From NCBI RefSeq assembly GCF_003704095.1, contig NW_020845131.1, positions 62,001 through 126,000 on the forward strand: DNA of 64,000 nt. Reading direction: 5' to 3'. Each line of letters begins with the position of its first letter. Positions within the stretch are counted from its first letter, which is position 1. Under the pieces are notes generated by a model. It searched no databases. It was not told where the DNA came from and saw only the letters and a program-made list of their open reading frames with translations. Of this stretch, positions 37,901 through 51,800 are shown piece by piece. Position numbers and translations under genes: made by a program. The stretch comes from Pocillopora damicornis (taxonomy: Eukaryota).

Positions 37901-40900
37901 TCTTAGTTGTTGAACACCGTCAAGTATGCGAAGATTAAGAAAAGCAGAAAAAATGAAGTGCTCAATCGGCAGTTTCGCAGCTAATTTTTTCCTGTTTCCT
38001 GCGAAAAACGACTGGATCATTTAAACGTGATAAAATGGTTTTTGGAGCATTAAACTACGTGTATCGGAAACGGTTGTTTTTACAGTAGATCGGTTTCAAA
38101 CACAGTACGTAAATTTTTAAGATTTAAAAATATTTTCGCGATGATTACAGATACATTTGGCGCTAAATACGCTAAATCTACTTAGCGACTGAAGCTCAAA
38201 AACCTCTCCAGTCGTAGACAAATTCAGAGTTCATAATTTTTCGCATATTTTCTTGGGAAATGTTTCATTCTTAATGTTGAGGAGTGAGTCACTATTCCTC
38301 TTGGTCTAAGGGCAATAATTTATGCATATAATGAGGGATGGAATAGCTTTCCTGCGGTACTCGAAGGAGACCGAAGAATTAATCGGAAAAATGGAGAAGA
38401 AAATACGAAGTGTTTTCTAGAACTCCGCGGCGCGGGTATCTTATCTCAGCCATGATACATTTGCAGCCGTGACAATTGGTCAGTGAGAGCTGTTCGATCT
38501 GACACGACCTTTTATCTCACCAAAAATCACTGACTGCAATCACCGAAGTTAACACTACAAAAACAAGATTTGATAAGTCGAGAAGGCGATGCAAGACTCC
38601 CCGAGTATATTTAGCCTCGGGTCTAATCCAGAGATATACGCGAAATTTCGTCGGAGAAAACAACCGGGTTGGAAAGATTTCAGTCTTAATCCGAGCGAAT
38701 CCTGTTTTCGCGTCGCCAACTGTTTTAGACTTCACGAAGTTAAAAACAAAACCAGATGTGCATTTTCTATTGTTGTTCATAAACGTTCGTTTGACAAATC
38801 TAAAACAAGATTGAAATGTTAAAAGAGGCACACACTTTTCATCACCGAGAAAATTAAACTCGCTCAGACAATATTGCCTCCTTCATGACGCGAATAAGTA
38901 TTTCTTGGTTTTGTTGTTCAAACGCTTAATTTCATCCGTAAACTACTTGAATTAATGCAGTGTGATATGACAAAAAATGGGTAAGTCTCAAACAATTATT
39001 TAAACAACTGTCGACAACCTGTTTCCGAAATCAACACCATTTACGCTGATTTGAATGTTTTTCACAGAGGAGGTATTCTTTTCATGATTCTAAACAACTT
39101 TTTAAATCTCTGTTTTCTACTAAACATCCCTGTTTCAGCGTGAAAGCACAAGTCCTGACATTACATCAATGTGTCTTTGATTAAAATTACTAGCGTTAGT
39201 GGTGATTCTGATATATTCAGTTCGTGTGGCCTTGCATGTGAAATGAAAATACAGAAAGAAAATTCTTAGAAAAAAACTGCCGTGACTCCATCAGACTTCG
39301 CTTCATCTGGGGTTTCGATGTCGCTAAAAACTTTCATCACAACCTAATTAACATGGCGATGATAACAGGCTTATGTAGAGAGACATTTTTGGGGTTTTGA
39401 CTTGTAAATTCCCCCGAATTTAAATCGGGCGTTCTTGTTAAAATCATGCAATGCTAATTCTGAAAATCTCTTTAATGACTTGTTTTAATTCCACACAAAA
39501 TAAAGATTTTCAAACTGCAAGGAGCAGAGAAATGTCGACTTTAAAACACAAAAGCGAAAAAATACTCCTTTTATTGCGAAGAAACATGTACAGAGTTTTG
39601 ATGACGGCGAGCTACCACAAAGGCTTGTTTCTCACCGAACACTAATTACACCATTTTATCCTATATCTTTGAATATCATTTCCTCTGCATGCAGCGGAGT
39701 CCTAAAGCCTATTGTGTTTTAGCATAGGGAGTTACTTTGACTCTGTATTAAATAACAGGGCATGATTTCTCTCTTGAATCTTTTTTTCAGGCTCAGATGA
39801 AAAGGAAAGGAAACGTTACAACGGTAAACTGAAATCGTTATTCAACGCACCGGCTAATGTAAACAGTTAAAATCACTTATGACTTGATTTTAGCGTCGAT
39901 TCAATGGTTGACCAAAAATTTGACTCACAAATGAGAAATGCTGCCTCCAGGGTACAAGAAAAGATAAAGAAAATTTGTTAATAAAAGCTCTAAGTTTTAG
40001 AAAGAAAAGAAACAATATTGTAGAGTCGTTTTTGTTACATTAGAGGAAGTTTATGTAACCGAGCAACGGGTTATACTCCGAAAATATTCCACTCGTGTTG
40101 TAAAGGAGACCATTGAGTATTATATTAGATAGTTAGCGTAAGTGATGCTCTTTCTCAAATTGTAGTATCACGTATATAGAATATTTCGACAGATTTAAGC
40201 TGACTAGTAATATCTCCTACTTAACCAAGTGTCTGACAGCTAATCAACTAAGTCAATGTTTACACTTCTTGGCACTGCTTGTTTACTTTATTTTTCTTAG
40301 GCATGTGAGTCACACGCTATCAGTCAAGGGAAGGGAAAAAAAAGCAACTACTCCCCAAAAGATCCGGTTTGAATTTTTCGGGCGTTTAGCCAACACCCTC
40401 GTAATCTTAGGGTTTGACCCATCATGTCCTAAGCATTGCCGATTGCTCACGTACTGAGACTGCGGTATTTGAATGATAAACAGTCTAATTCAATGCGATG
40501 AATCGGAGCATAGCTTTTATCACCTTGTAAGATTACTGCTAGTTTCATGGTTTAAGTTGCAAACATGATGTTTAAACAATGTCTTCAGTGGTACCCAACC
40601 GAGTAAGTTTGAATAGGCTTCCAGCCAGAAAGAATGAACATTAAAACTCTTCTTCGTGTAATAAAACAGTACCAGCTGTGAGTTGTATCTTGCGGACAAA
40701 ATGGTCTCCGCTTTTGTCGAGCTGATACTCTTTTCGTATAGCTAAAACTGCTGTCGTTTAATGGCGATGAAATAAGAATTTTCGGGCGCGTGTGACTATC
40801 CCAGCCGCCGTCAATGTGTTCGGTCTAATCGATTGCGTTCAGGAGTGGTCACGTATGAGCGAACACGCACTTCAGACCACGCGATGTGCAAGTGTACACA

Positions 40901-42114
40901 CACGCGATCACAAAATAGCCACAGATTTTACGGACTTTGCTCACCTGTTTAGAAAACGTGAAAATGAAGCAACGCACACTACTAACAAAGATCCTTTTGA
41001 CTATAAAAGATAACAACCATCTACAAGCCTAATCAACTTTTTAAGGCGTTTAGCTGCAGCGCAAACCGACTTCTGACAAATAAAAACCTCTGATAGGTTC
41101 TATGTTGTTGACGTCCCATTGTTCACTACAAAAACACATCTCTAGATACAACGCCATATCGCAACAATGTATTATTACTGCTCGAAACAAATGCATACAA
41201 ATGAATCGCCGCATAGGTTCGCATTGCGTAGCTGTACTGTACAATTTAGTCGGAAGTTGCTTATCGTGCTTTTTTTTTTTGTAAGAACGTCTTCGATTAC
41301 TTATCAATTCAAGCCTGTTACAAAAATAGAACGTCATTTTTTTTCTCCTCGCGGCAGCAAAACCAAAATAGAACGGTCGATCTGTGAATAATTTATTCTA
41401 AAGTAACGGACACCTATTTAGAAAAACATTGTTTTAACCAAACCTGACAACGCTAGCCCAGAAGTATCTTTCCAAAAATTCGCGTGCTCATCATTTCATG
41501 CCATCTTGGCTAAAAATAGCAGCTATTTTAAGTGTACACATTCAACAATCTGCCCGCCAGAATATTCCATTACTTTTTACCGTAACATTATACAAAAGAG
41601 TACACTTCAAGGTTAAACAGACAGATCAAAGCGCAACCAAAAGTCACGAAAATAAATATTTCTATGTAAAAATATTTTGAAAGCTACTCCTTCGTGAGGC
41701 CGTCTACACGATATAACCAAAAATTTTTCTTGTCGCTAAATCTGGGGAAATTGGTTCGATGACATAACATGACTTTTATGACAAAAATCATGACTTTTAT
41801 GTCCTCAGGGTGAACTTAAATTACAAATAAAGCTTTTACTCAAATGGTCAAAACTTTTTTCCTTCATCTCTTCAACCATTTAGCTGGTCGAGTCCTTAGA
41901 GTCTGGACAACACGTACAATCATCTTTACCGTGAAGAAAAGGGCAGAAATCGAGTTTGGATTACGTCGAATTGTTATTCGAAAGGAGAACAAACTTTTGG
42001 TAACAACGCTGCAAACTTAAATATTCATGTATAACCTCTTACAAGCGAGAAATAAGGTGTGCGATCTGGAGAACCACTACTTAAAAGTTAAAAATCAAAA
42101 CGCTTCTTTCTTAC

Positions 42115-42230
42115 CTGAAACGCGATGATAAGCCTAGTTGTGCTCGGCCCGTCGTCCCACTATTCAGCGTGTTCGTTATGTGTTTTATGAAACCCTGACC
42201 AACGCCACCTGAAGTGTTATAAGTAGAAAC
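42115..42230 (-). other. Candidate non-coding first exon of the DMRT gene
   Basis: Strong minus-strand donor TTTCAG|GTAAGA with exon end at 42115, in a locally CpG-rich patch. The DM exon needs an upstream donor. The 5' boundary is uncertain. Confidence 0.4.
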
Positions 42231-45200
42231 ACGTTTTACTTACTACATAGGTTACTAAAATACCAAACAAAGAACAGACAATACAACTGTCAATTACATT
42301 ATGTTAAAAGGGTTTCATTGTGTTTCTTGTTCGACCACTCACGGCGCGGGACTGTGTGTCCAATGAGAACGTGAGTTGCATGTTATCACGTAAGCCAGCG
42401 TACAATTATTAGTCGCCAACTCATCTGACTTAAATCCAATATAGCTACAAATTAAAACGGCCTAGATTTTGCCTGATTTAAAACCATAGATAATTTTTTT
42501 TAGTATCCTTGATTTCAAGATAGTTTAAGAAATAGCTTTTCACGACTGTATAGATGTGACTGGAATGAAGTTGTGTCACAATTGGTTCGTGCTATTTTAC
42601 AACCTTGAATGGAATATAATGTCTTGAACGCACTGAAAGAAAACTGAAGCTTTCACTTGATTACGTAGAACATCCTTACCTAAAGTATCAAGTTCTGACA
42701 TGAGTCAACCTTGTATCATCATGTTTGTGGGTGGAAAATGTTAAGTATATGAACACATTCGGTCAAGTGTTAACATAGCGGGTATCCTAATTTGAAGCAG
42801 CTACCAGTCTGTGTACTTTAAAGTTCGAGGCAAATAACTACTCCTTTTTCACAAAAGAGTTTTGTTCTTTCGCTAAAGGTGGCATACCGTAAGTTATACA
42901 GCCGTTACGTGAAATGATTTATATCGACTTACTTCACTAGCTGTGACAGAAGGCGCTAAATTATTGAATCCGATAGTTAACACTTCGGTACAAAATTGTT
43001 CAGTGATTCCAAAATTGCTCAAAATCTGTATACCAGCATTTTGATAAGAATCTTTTTATTTGCTCTTTTCTACAGGTTCAAATGACACATGTGTCAAAGA
43101 CTATTATTAAAGAAAATGACGCGCGCAGAAAATATCTCCTTTGCCCCGCTGTGGCGCAGGTGTCTAACTGACAAGAAAAGACATTCGCCTGGATCACATA
43201 ATATCGCTTCACCGGCAAACTTTCGTTTAACAAAACATACAGAAAAAAAAGGATTTTCCCCCCAAATTGATCAAGATTCATTTGATTAATTAAACTTTTT
43301 AACAACTTCGAGTGGAAAAGAAAAATTGCTGCTGAAAGTTTATTTTGAAAGTACAAAACACACTTGAAATCACTCAGGTATTGAGGAGTTTCCATAAACC
43401 TTTCAAATGACCATCCAGTTATTGCTTCTTGTGTGAGTCAGGGTTAATTAAGGTAATTTTCCAAGCCAACAAAGCACTGAAAGGCGACACTAAGACGGCA
43501 GCAGTAAAAGTTCATGTGCAATTATGCAATTACGACAAAGAAAAGTAATTTTCGAAAGCTCTTTTGTCGATGGAAAATCTCATATTTGTTGGTTATCTCC
43601 CTTGAAATTTACCGTGCAAACAATGAAGAAAGCATTTGGTGAGTGGTATTTTTGTGACATCCTGAGTCTAGGAAATGAAATTCATCGAGAAGCTCTCCAA
43701 ATACTCATCGTCAGCCAGAAATGAGAATGATAACGGTCTCATCTCCATTCATTTTCACACAAGGCACTCGTTCCAAATGAATAAAGAAGCATATCTTTTA
43801 AACATCACTATATGATAAATCAATTGTTCCATTTGATGAAAAATGATTACGAAAAACTTTTAAGTCACTGACGAAACAATATTTTTTTAAACTGAAGTTT
43901 TCCCAAATAATTTAAAACAACTAGTTAGGTAACCAAAATATCAAATTGGAAAGAAAAATTTAAAATATATATATTTCTTTTTTCTCGGACGGAATTTGTC
44001 ATTTATTGCAAGGGAAAATTTAATAGCGTGAGGTAACAGACAATACATTAACATTTTTCACTGGATTATGTCACACTGTTTGGAAATACCTTGTGCTTTC
44101 TACTTTTGGTCTATTTTTGTTTCATGTCATATTAAAAGCTTATACGTACCGCTATCTCGTTTTAATGACAAATAATAATAAAAACAAGATTTTGAGTTTA
44201 AATTCCAAATTCAAAGTCACTCGTTTTGGCTTTGAAAAACTTGCAGCTTATGAGTATGTAAAAGAAAAGAACATACATCTAAAAGAATAATTTCGTTTCT
44301 GAGTGAAATCGAGAAGTATTCTCTTGTCTGGTGATTTCGAATTCCTTAAGCAGTCTCTTTTACAAACAACAAATTAATTGTTAATGAGTCGTTTTAAATA
44401 TATGTTTTGAAACACGATATGGTGTCCACAATGTAGGATTTGTTAACAGGTTTCACTTTTGAGTCATCAGCTTTGTCTTGTTATGGCAATGCCACACTAA
44501 TGCTTTCAAGATATGAAATGTTTACCGACGAAACATAGGCCATCTATTTAGAGGCTGCTAATGGAGACAGTTCCCTGTGGTACTCTCAGTTATTCTTAAC
44601 AAAGAGAAAAAACGTTATGTATGTTAAATATATCAATTTTTGTTGAGACACCTGGTTGTTACCCAGCAAATAAAAGTTCTTAATAGCGAAAACTCTCAGT
44701 GCAATAGAGATATTGGTTTTGTTGATAAGCAGTTTAATAAAGAGTCGACGGTAAAAAATAATCTTAATCACGTTTTTTTACTAAAACAGTGAATTTCCAG
44801 GTTGGGTGCCTCTTGGTCAACTTTTTGGATTAGTTTCAGATCCAGGTGATGTCCCGAGTACGGTTCACTTTTCGTACGTGCTGTGTTTAGGTTTTATAGT
44901 TAGATCTAACGTCATACCAAAAATTGTAGTTTATCACTCAGCCAGCTTTACAACTCAATAGGAGTCCACACGAGAATGCAAAACTTGTTTAACTCTTTTC
45001 AGGTGTTGTAAAGAGGAAAATAAGTTTTTTAACAATGATCCTAATGAAGTAGTGTAGGATGCAGACAAACTCTGTGGGGGACTAGAGCTGTCAAAGAGTT
45101 TGTTTAAGATCTTTCAGGTGTTGCGGCTGTACCTTAATTTTTTTTAAAAACAGGGTTTAATCTGATAGGAAAGTGGAGATTAGAAAAAGGCCTTTACAAG

Positions 45201-47971
45201 GACACATAATGCACGATTATTTAAATGGAGGTTCTTCTGTGATAATGTAAAAAAGTGATTTACAGAGTTTCGACCCTTGGAAAACTCCGCAGGGGTCTTG
45301 AAGAGATAAAATCAATTTTTCAGGATTTTGAAAATAATAGTTAACTCAGCGGATTATTAATGACCCGCACCAAAATGAAAGTAAATGAATGGTAATGCGC
45401 TCATAGAAAATAGAATCAAGAGACGTCTCGAGGGCTACTTTTCAGACCCAGTTCATACCCTAAAGGAACTGGAATTTGAAAATCTCACTCATCGTTTGAT
45501 CTACAAATAAAGAAAAATCGACTCACAAACAATCTTTTCATATTAGCTTAATGGGTGGATCACGTTTTGGTCTCTGTAGAGAAACTTAAAAGAAAGCATG
45601 TGTTTCTTTTACATCAAAAGGACACGAGCTTTCTAGCGTAAAGTCATAATTAATAATTTCAATTCAAAGAAAAACTCCCAGGATAGATTCCCCGCCTTTT
45701 CTCGTGTATATCCTGTTGATTCGAACCTTTCTATGAATGATGTAAAGTTAATTTATATATTGAAAACAACAGTGATATCTTTTCACTGTGCATTGTTGGT
45801 TGTGACTGAAGATCTTTGACAGAATAATTAAACATTTTAACCCTCTTTTTTGAATATGAAACGCTCACATCAAGTTCATATTCTTAGTCTCCTTTTTTAA
45901 TGTCATTTTTAATGGGTAAACTGTTCAAACGAGTGACCGTTATTTAAGCAAAGTATCAAAAAAAAATTCGTGTATACATATCTGAAATTCTCTGCTTGGT
46001 GCCAAGTAAAATCTTTGGAAAAATTTTCTCAAAAACTGTCATATTTTGCAATAAAAAAGAGAGAAAGCAAGAGAGAGAGAGAGTAAAAAGGAAATAGAAA
46101 TCAAACAACTATCAAAGTAAACTTAGAATCAAGAAAAGCCTCTCTTTATTCATTCACTGAAGATACTAAGAAATTTCATACTTCAGCGTTTTTTCCTTTT
46201 TTCCTTTTCTACTTGAGATTGATTGTTGTTTTCAAGACGAGATCGTTCTCATTTTACAAGTCTTTCTTGAATTACCTTAGAGCGAAAATATATATAAGCC
46301 TGCATTTTATTCATTGTTAAAAAATACGGAGTAATTTTATAGACTTTTAGATTGGGAATGAAGCTCTCATGAATCGCTTTTTTTTTCATAAAAAAGCCAC
46401 ATACTGAAGAGTACTTTCATTCAATACTGACTTACGTACTAAACTAGATGATCCTAGGCTGGGTATTAAACTCTGCGTAACCTAAGTATCAGCATCCTTT
46501 CCTTGGATGTACTGGCCTATTCCCTTGTGACTCTCCGCTACGATTAATTTTCGGTTAAACATTCTAAGTGTTTTGATAAGTTAGTTGCTATATTTATTTT
46601 CAGCGGGTGGGTTTCTAAGGACGGCCAAATAGTAAAATTGGCTTGTTTATTTTTTTCAAACGATCTCTCATCCGTGGGTCTGATTAATCGCTGCAACCTC
46701 AGGAAAAGGGACATTAAAGAAGCTCGGCCGATATCTCAAAAAGGAGGCATCGCAAGCGGAATTATTTGGATCGAGTAGGAACAAAAGTAAACAAGTATGT
46801 GAGTAAAATCATCCTTTAACACTTCTCACCTAATTTGTGTTTCAAGGTTACTGAAACGTGTTTAGAGGCAGGATGACCAAATTGCAAAATATGAGTTATG
46901 CTTACCGTGACACCTAAAATTATGGAAGTGCTTGACCAAGAGGTCGGTTTCCGAGTTAGAGGTGATATCAGTTGTTAGGCGCTCTTCGAAACAGAGTAAA
47001 TTGTTCGCCATAGGTTACAAGTTTTAAGACAAGGTTTGTCTATTGAAATCAACACTCTCCCCAGCCAATTTCATTTTAAGATATTGGTGCAGTTTTAATT
47101 CATTTCAAGCCCTTAAATCTGACCTCACATGATTGTCAAGGTTAAACCAACTGAAGTGCTTCACTTGCCGCAGAAGAGAGATTGGATTATTAGAGGTTGA
47201 TACAGATTTTACGTTTTACCCTTGAGAAACGTTTAATCTTAAAATTAAGAGGGATTTGTCTTCCAAAAGCTAGTCGATCATCTTCTATTGGCATGCGCGA
47301 TAGAGTAAAACTCTTGGTTACCCGCTGAAGGAGGTAGAAAAACAGTTCATCATCATAGACATTGTTGTTGCGTTAAATTTGCTAATTAAGGAGTTGAAAC
47401 CATCTCTTACTGCCCAACAGAATTCAATTTTAGCCAAAGCATTAGCCAGCATGGTATTGCGTAATTATCTAATTAATCTTCAATGAACAATTTCTGACAA
47501 TTCTCTTGTCATGAAGATGTCATCATGGCGACACGGAAATGTAGTTTGTTTTCATAGCAGATTGTTGCTTACTCGGTATAACAGTGAAAAAATTAGTCTT
47601 ACTCACTCACAAAAATTGAAATTGTTTAGGTTCTGTTGCCCATGATATTGGAAGCGCACGTGCACAAGTTAGCCCAGCACCGGGATTTCAATCCTCCCCT
47701 TGTTTCACAGGCTCAGCACGACACAATGATTGTTGTCTCTCATTGTTTGACAGCGCCAGTTTAATAGAGTAGTCTGCTACAGAACAAAAGACCTGTCCTT
47801 TCGAAAATGATTGCATAGTACACTTGGCGACCATTTTATTGTAGGCAGTGTTTCAATGAGTTATGGGGTCATTCCCTCTTTCAATAACTCACGTATTCCG
47901 ATGGCATCCCGGCTTGTTACTTTGTAAAGAAGCATCAGAGCCGCCGTAATCCGTGAAATTCGCTTAGCAGT

Positions 47972-48308
47972 GCAAGTCAGTCCAAATTTCGGCCGGTTTG
48001 GGCTTTAGATTAACTAGTGACTCATAGGATTAACAACTGATGTACTTAAGCTGGTAGAATGCTAGCGATTTTCCTTAATTCTTAGGCCACAAATATGCTG
48101 AACTAAAAATAAATAAATAAAAATTTGCACTGAAGAAAGAGCAAGTCAGTCCAAATTTCGGTTTGGGCTATAGATTATCTAGGAATCATCAAGCTGACGA
48201 GTTATGGGATTTACAACTGATTTACTTAAGCTGGTAGAATTTTGGCGATTTTCTTTAATTCTTAGGCCAAAAATATACTAAACTAAGAAAGATGCATTGT
48301 AGAAAGAG
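47972..48308 (+). repeat. Tandem duplication, two diverged copies of about 169 bp
   Basis: GCAAGTCAGTCCAAATTTCGG at 47972 and 48141. Both units contain TACTTAAGCTGGTAGAAT...TTAATTCTTAGGCCA. Confidence 0.9.
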
Positions 48309-48692
48309 AATAGAAACATGAGTAGAAAGCAAAGTTGAAGGAATGTTGGAGGAATGTTGGCTCAGATCGATGCTTTGGTTCTATCCATCAAAGGTTCTCT
48401 CGTAAGGAGAAGCATGATTCAAAATTAGCTTGCACAAACAATTCCAAACCTTTTTAAATCAAATTTAAATAAATTGTAGGAAACTTTTGGAATGCTACCT
48501 AGGTGTGTTCTTTTCAGAAGAAAAAAGCTTTTTCCAGATGTTATTGTTTTCATTCTCGCGTTAAACAAGGCTGGTGGAACCTACAGTATATAATTTCCAA
48601 CTTATTTACCTGAACGTTTACCTTTTAAGCTGCAAGCCATAGTTTCAGAAGCGTAGACCTGTTAGATATTGGTTTTCCTATTTATATTTCAG

Positions 48693-48833
48693 GGCCCAGT
48701 CGTACAAAGGGCGGATAACGCTATCCAACGGATAAATCGCCATCCAGCGGATATGATAACAAAACCTACTGCGTTATCCACCGGATAGCGATTTCTCCAG
48801 TGGATAGCATTATCCACCCTTCAAACAACCAGC
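48693..48833. mobile_element. Harbinger-type palindromic MITE (GGATA/TATCC family)
   Basis: CAG|GGCCCAGTCGTACAAAG...repeated GGATA/TATCCA...TTCAAACAACCAGC|CTG. Confidence 0.75.
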
Positions 48834-51800
48834 CTGAACTATTTACCTGTGAAAGGCAGTCTAGTATTGTAAAAAGCAAGGACAATATTAAACCAGATTT
48901 CCTTAAACGAGAAGGTATTAATTTATAGCAAAATAACTGAGTAAGTGCAATATTAGACAATTACGTCTTTCTAGTGAACGAAGCTCGGCTGTCAACTCAG
49001 GGCGGTTTGAGACCAGTCTAACCAATAATCATCCTAGAATGCAATGTAAGCTTTGTTTTCTTTTTTACTTTTGACCCTTTTTTATGTAACTGTTTCAGGT
49101 TTTCTTCAATCTGACGAAAAGCTCAAGTTAAATATCTTATGCGCAAACAAACAAAGATATTGTAGTGTTTTTTCCTTTCACCAATTGCTGCCCTAAACAA
49201 GCAAAACCAGTTTTGACGGTTAAACATTGCTTTGCATCGTGGCGACGGTGGCGACTGAAAGTCTCGCTACTAACGAGGTTTGGAGTCCGTTTTAAAAGAC
49301 GCCCATTGATAAAAGTCACGCTACTCGAGTAGAGTGGTCATAAGAAATGATTGATGTTTTGATAAGAAGAGAAACGCAGAAAACTGCAAGATCAAAAACG
49401 CAGAAGGACTAAAGGGTTTTTTTTTCTGTCAGTGTTGAAACCATAAGAGCCTTTTTTAAAACATACAAATTTACCTCTGGCGTGAGGGAAATCATACAAT
49501 GATAGTTTGCTAATTAAGAAAAGTTAAGATAGAAAAGAACGAATAAAAACATGAAAGAGGATGATGTAACAGACTAATTGATATGCGCCAAAGTTTTCAA
49601 TATGCTCAAGCCATGATCTTGCTAGATCATAAGTTAAGAATTTTTGATAACTCGATCCTTCTTATAACCACAACTGAAAATTTTTTTCTAGTGTTCTTTA
49701 TTTTTGTACGTCCTTAGGTGATCATAATTAAAATCGTGTATTATATTTTGCATATAATCATTTTAAATTGTTGGGTTGTGAACTTTGATCGAAAATGACA
49801 TATATTGATTCAAAGTCCTTCAAATATGTGCTATTTTTGCCCATTATTCTTGTCTACAACAAACCCCATGGAGGCCTTTCAGTTTACCACAAACTTAATT
49901 AACCCATAATAAAATAATAAGCAGAAAATATCAAAGCCTAGGGCTGTTTCTGAATGGGAGACAATGAACTTTTATAGATAGTCGAAAACCAAAGAATTCA
50001 CAAGGAGCGCGTCTCCATTCTGGAACTTTTTCAGGAAACGAAATTGCATTTTAATTTTTTTATTTATCTATTTATTATTTTTTTTGCAGCTAGTTGTGAT
50101 GAAAAGTATGAAATCCTAGAGGTACTGTTCAGCATATTTTTTTTTTTACTAATTGAGCGAAATTCAACTTCGAGTATGCAATTTCTGCTTATCTAAAGGA
50201 ACTTAGCTAAAAAGAAAAAGAAATCAATTGAAGCGGTCACCCATTTCTGGTAGGTTGCTAACCTTGCTCGCTGATCGAAACCCTCGACGAACATTGAATG
50301 AAATAAAAGTGCTAGAAGAACTACGGAACTTTAAGCAACTGCACATACCCATTAAAAAAATTATTCATCCTGGCCTGCTCCATGCTATATTTGAAGAGGT
50401 ACATGGGAATTTTTAGCATCAATTAAAGATAGCACAAGGACAAGAAATAATTTCAATAGCGCGTCCATATGTATTCATTCGTCAGTTGATCTCAACACAA
50501 TAGAATTGGTAAAAAACAACAACCCACAAATTTAAATACATAGCATGGCAAAAATTGCAAGGAAAGAGATGTGATCAATTGATATGCTCATCATTCCCTC
50601 AGCGAATGACATTGGTTGCAAATGGATGTTCAAAAGTTCTCTTTAAAGACTATACACTATTCGGACTGACTTATAATTATGAATCTAGGCAAGACCAAAG
50701 AAATAATATAATTTCTTGATTTGAGTCATTCTAAACCAAACCCAAGTACGAAATTAAGGCGAAAACGAAAGTAAACGTAAAATTCCTAGAAACAGTATTT
50801 GCACAACGGGCGGTATATCGATAGCTGTGTTGCTGCACGCGTTGCTAGACTACAATAAGATGCCTTTTCATTGAAATAGCTCGTCGACTATTGTCTTGAA
50901 AAGTCATTCTTCTGGAATATTGAGAGATCTTAGAGTACATGAATCTGAAAACCTGAAGGATGAATAATCCTTTTTTCATGTGGCAAACATGTGGAAATGA
51001 TATCTTCTGAAGCCTTCTGAAAATACTGCAATTTCGTAACTATCGGGCATAAAGAAACATGTCTAAATTATGTGAAGATATATTACCGCACTTATCGCCT
51101 AGGCAACAAGTCTTCCTGCAGAATTGCTTCAGTCACACCTCGATATTTAACTCGCAGTCCATGCAGACACAGACTTTGCCATGGCGCCGACTAAGAAACA
51201 GAGCTTTAATAATGTGCATCCAGTCAAGAACTATTTGGTTTCATTAAGCATCAGTGGGTGTTAATGAACTTTCTTTTGTCGGGGGTGGGGGGGGAAGGGG
51301 GATTTGGGTGAAAGAGAAACGGAGTGAGGAAGGTATGATGACAAGCTAAACATGATGAGCTGACTTAAGATTCCTGTGACCTAAGGTAGATAAAACAACA
51401 CTGAAAGTATATTTTTTCTTTGTTTTGTTTTGTATATAGCAATCGTTTTAAAACTTTAACACGAACAAGAGCGACCCTTCCCTCTCCTTTTGTTTTGTGC
51501 GGTGTTAGTTTATATATGCGTTTCGCAGGTAACCATCTTGAAATCACGTGACATTAAATGATTGGTTTTTGCCCACGTAATTATGTTGCATTGTTTAGAA
51601 CAGAACATGACACATGCATTAACTTAAAGAGAAGCACGACACAAATTAACAATTTTATTGTCTTAAATTTCTTAGAAGGACCTGAGAATTGGGGATTTCG
51701 TAGTCCTATATATCATGATTGACTTCCGTTTGCAATTGGCGAAAGGAAATAAAATCGCTTTCAGTCACAAGAGTTTCTACTAATTTTTAGATCAAAGATC

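Noticed and set aside
44448-44475. Other CTGA(T/C/A)GA...GAAA strings (minus strand at about 44460 and 26460; plus strand at about 46160)
   Set aside because: No properly paired helix II or flanking helices, so these are not hammerheads.
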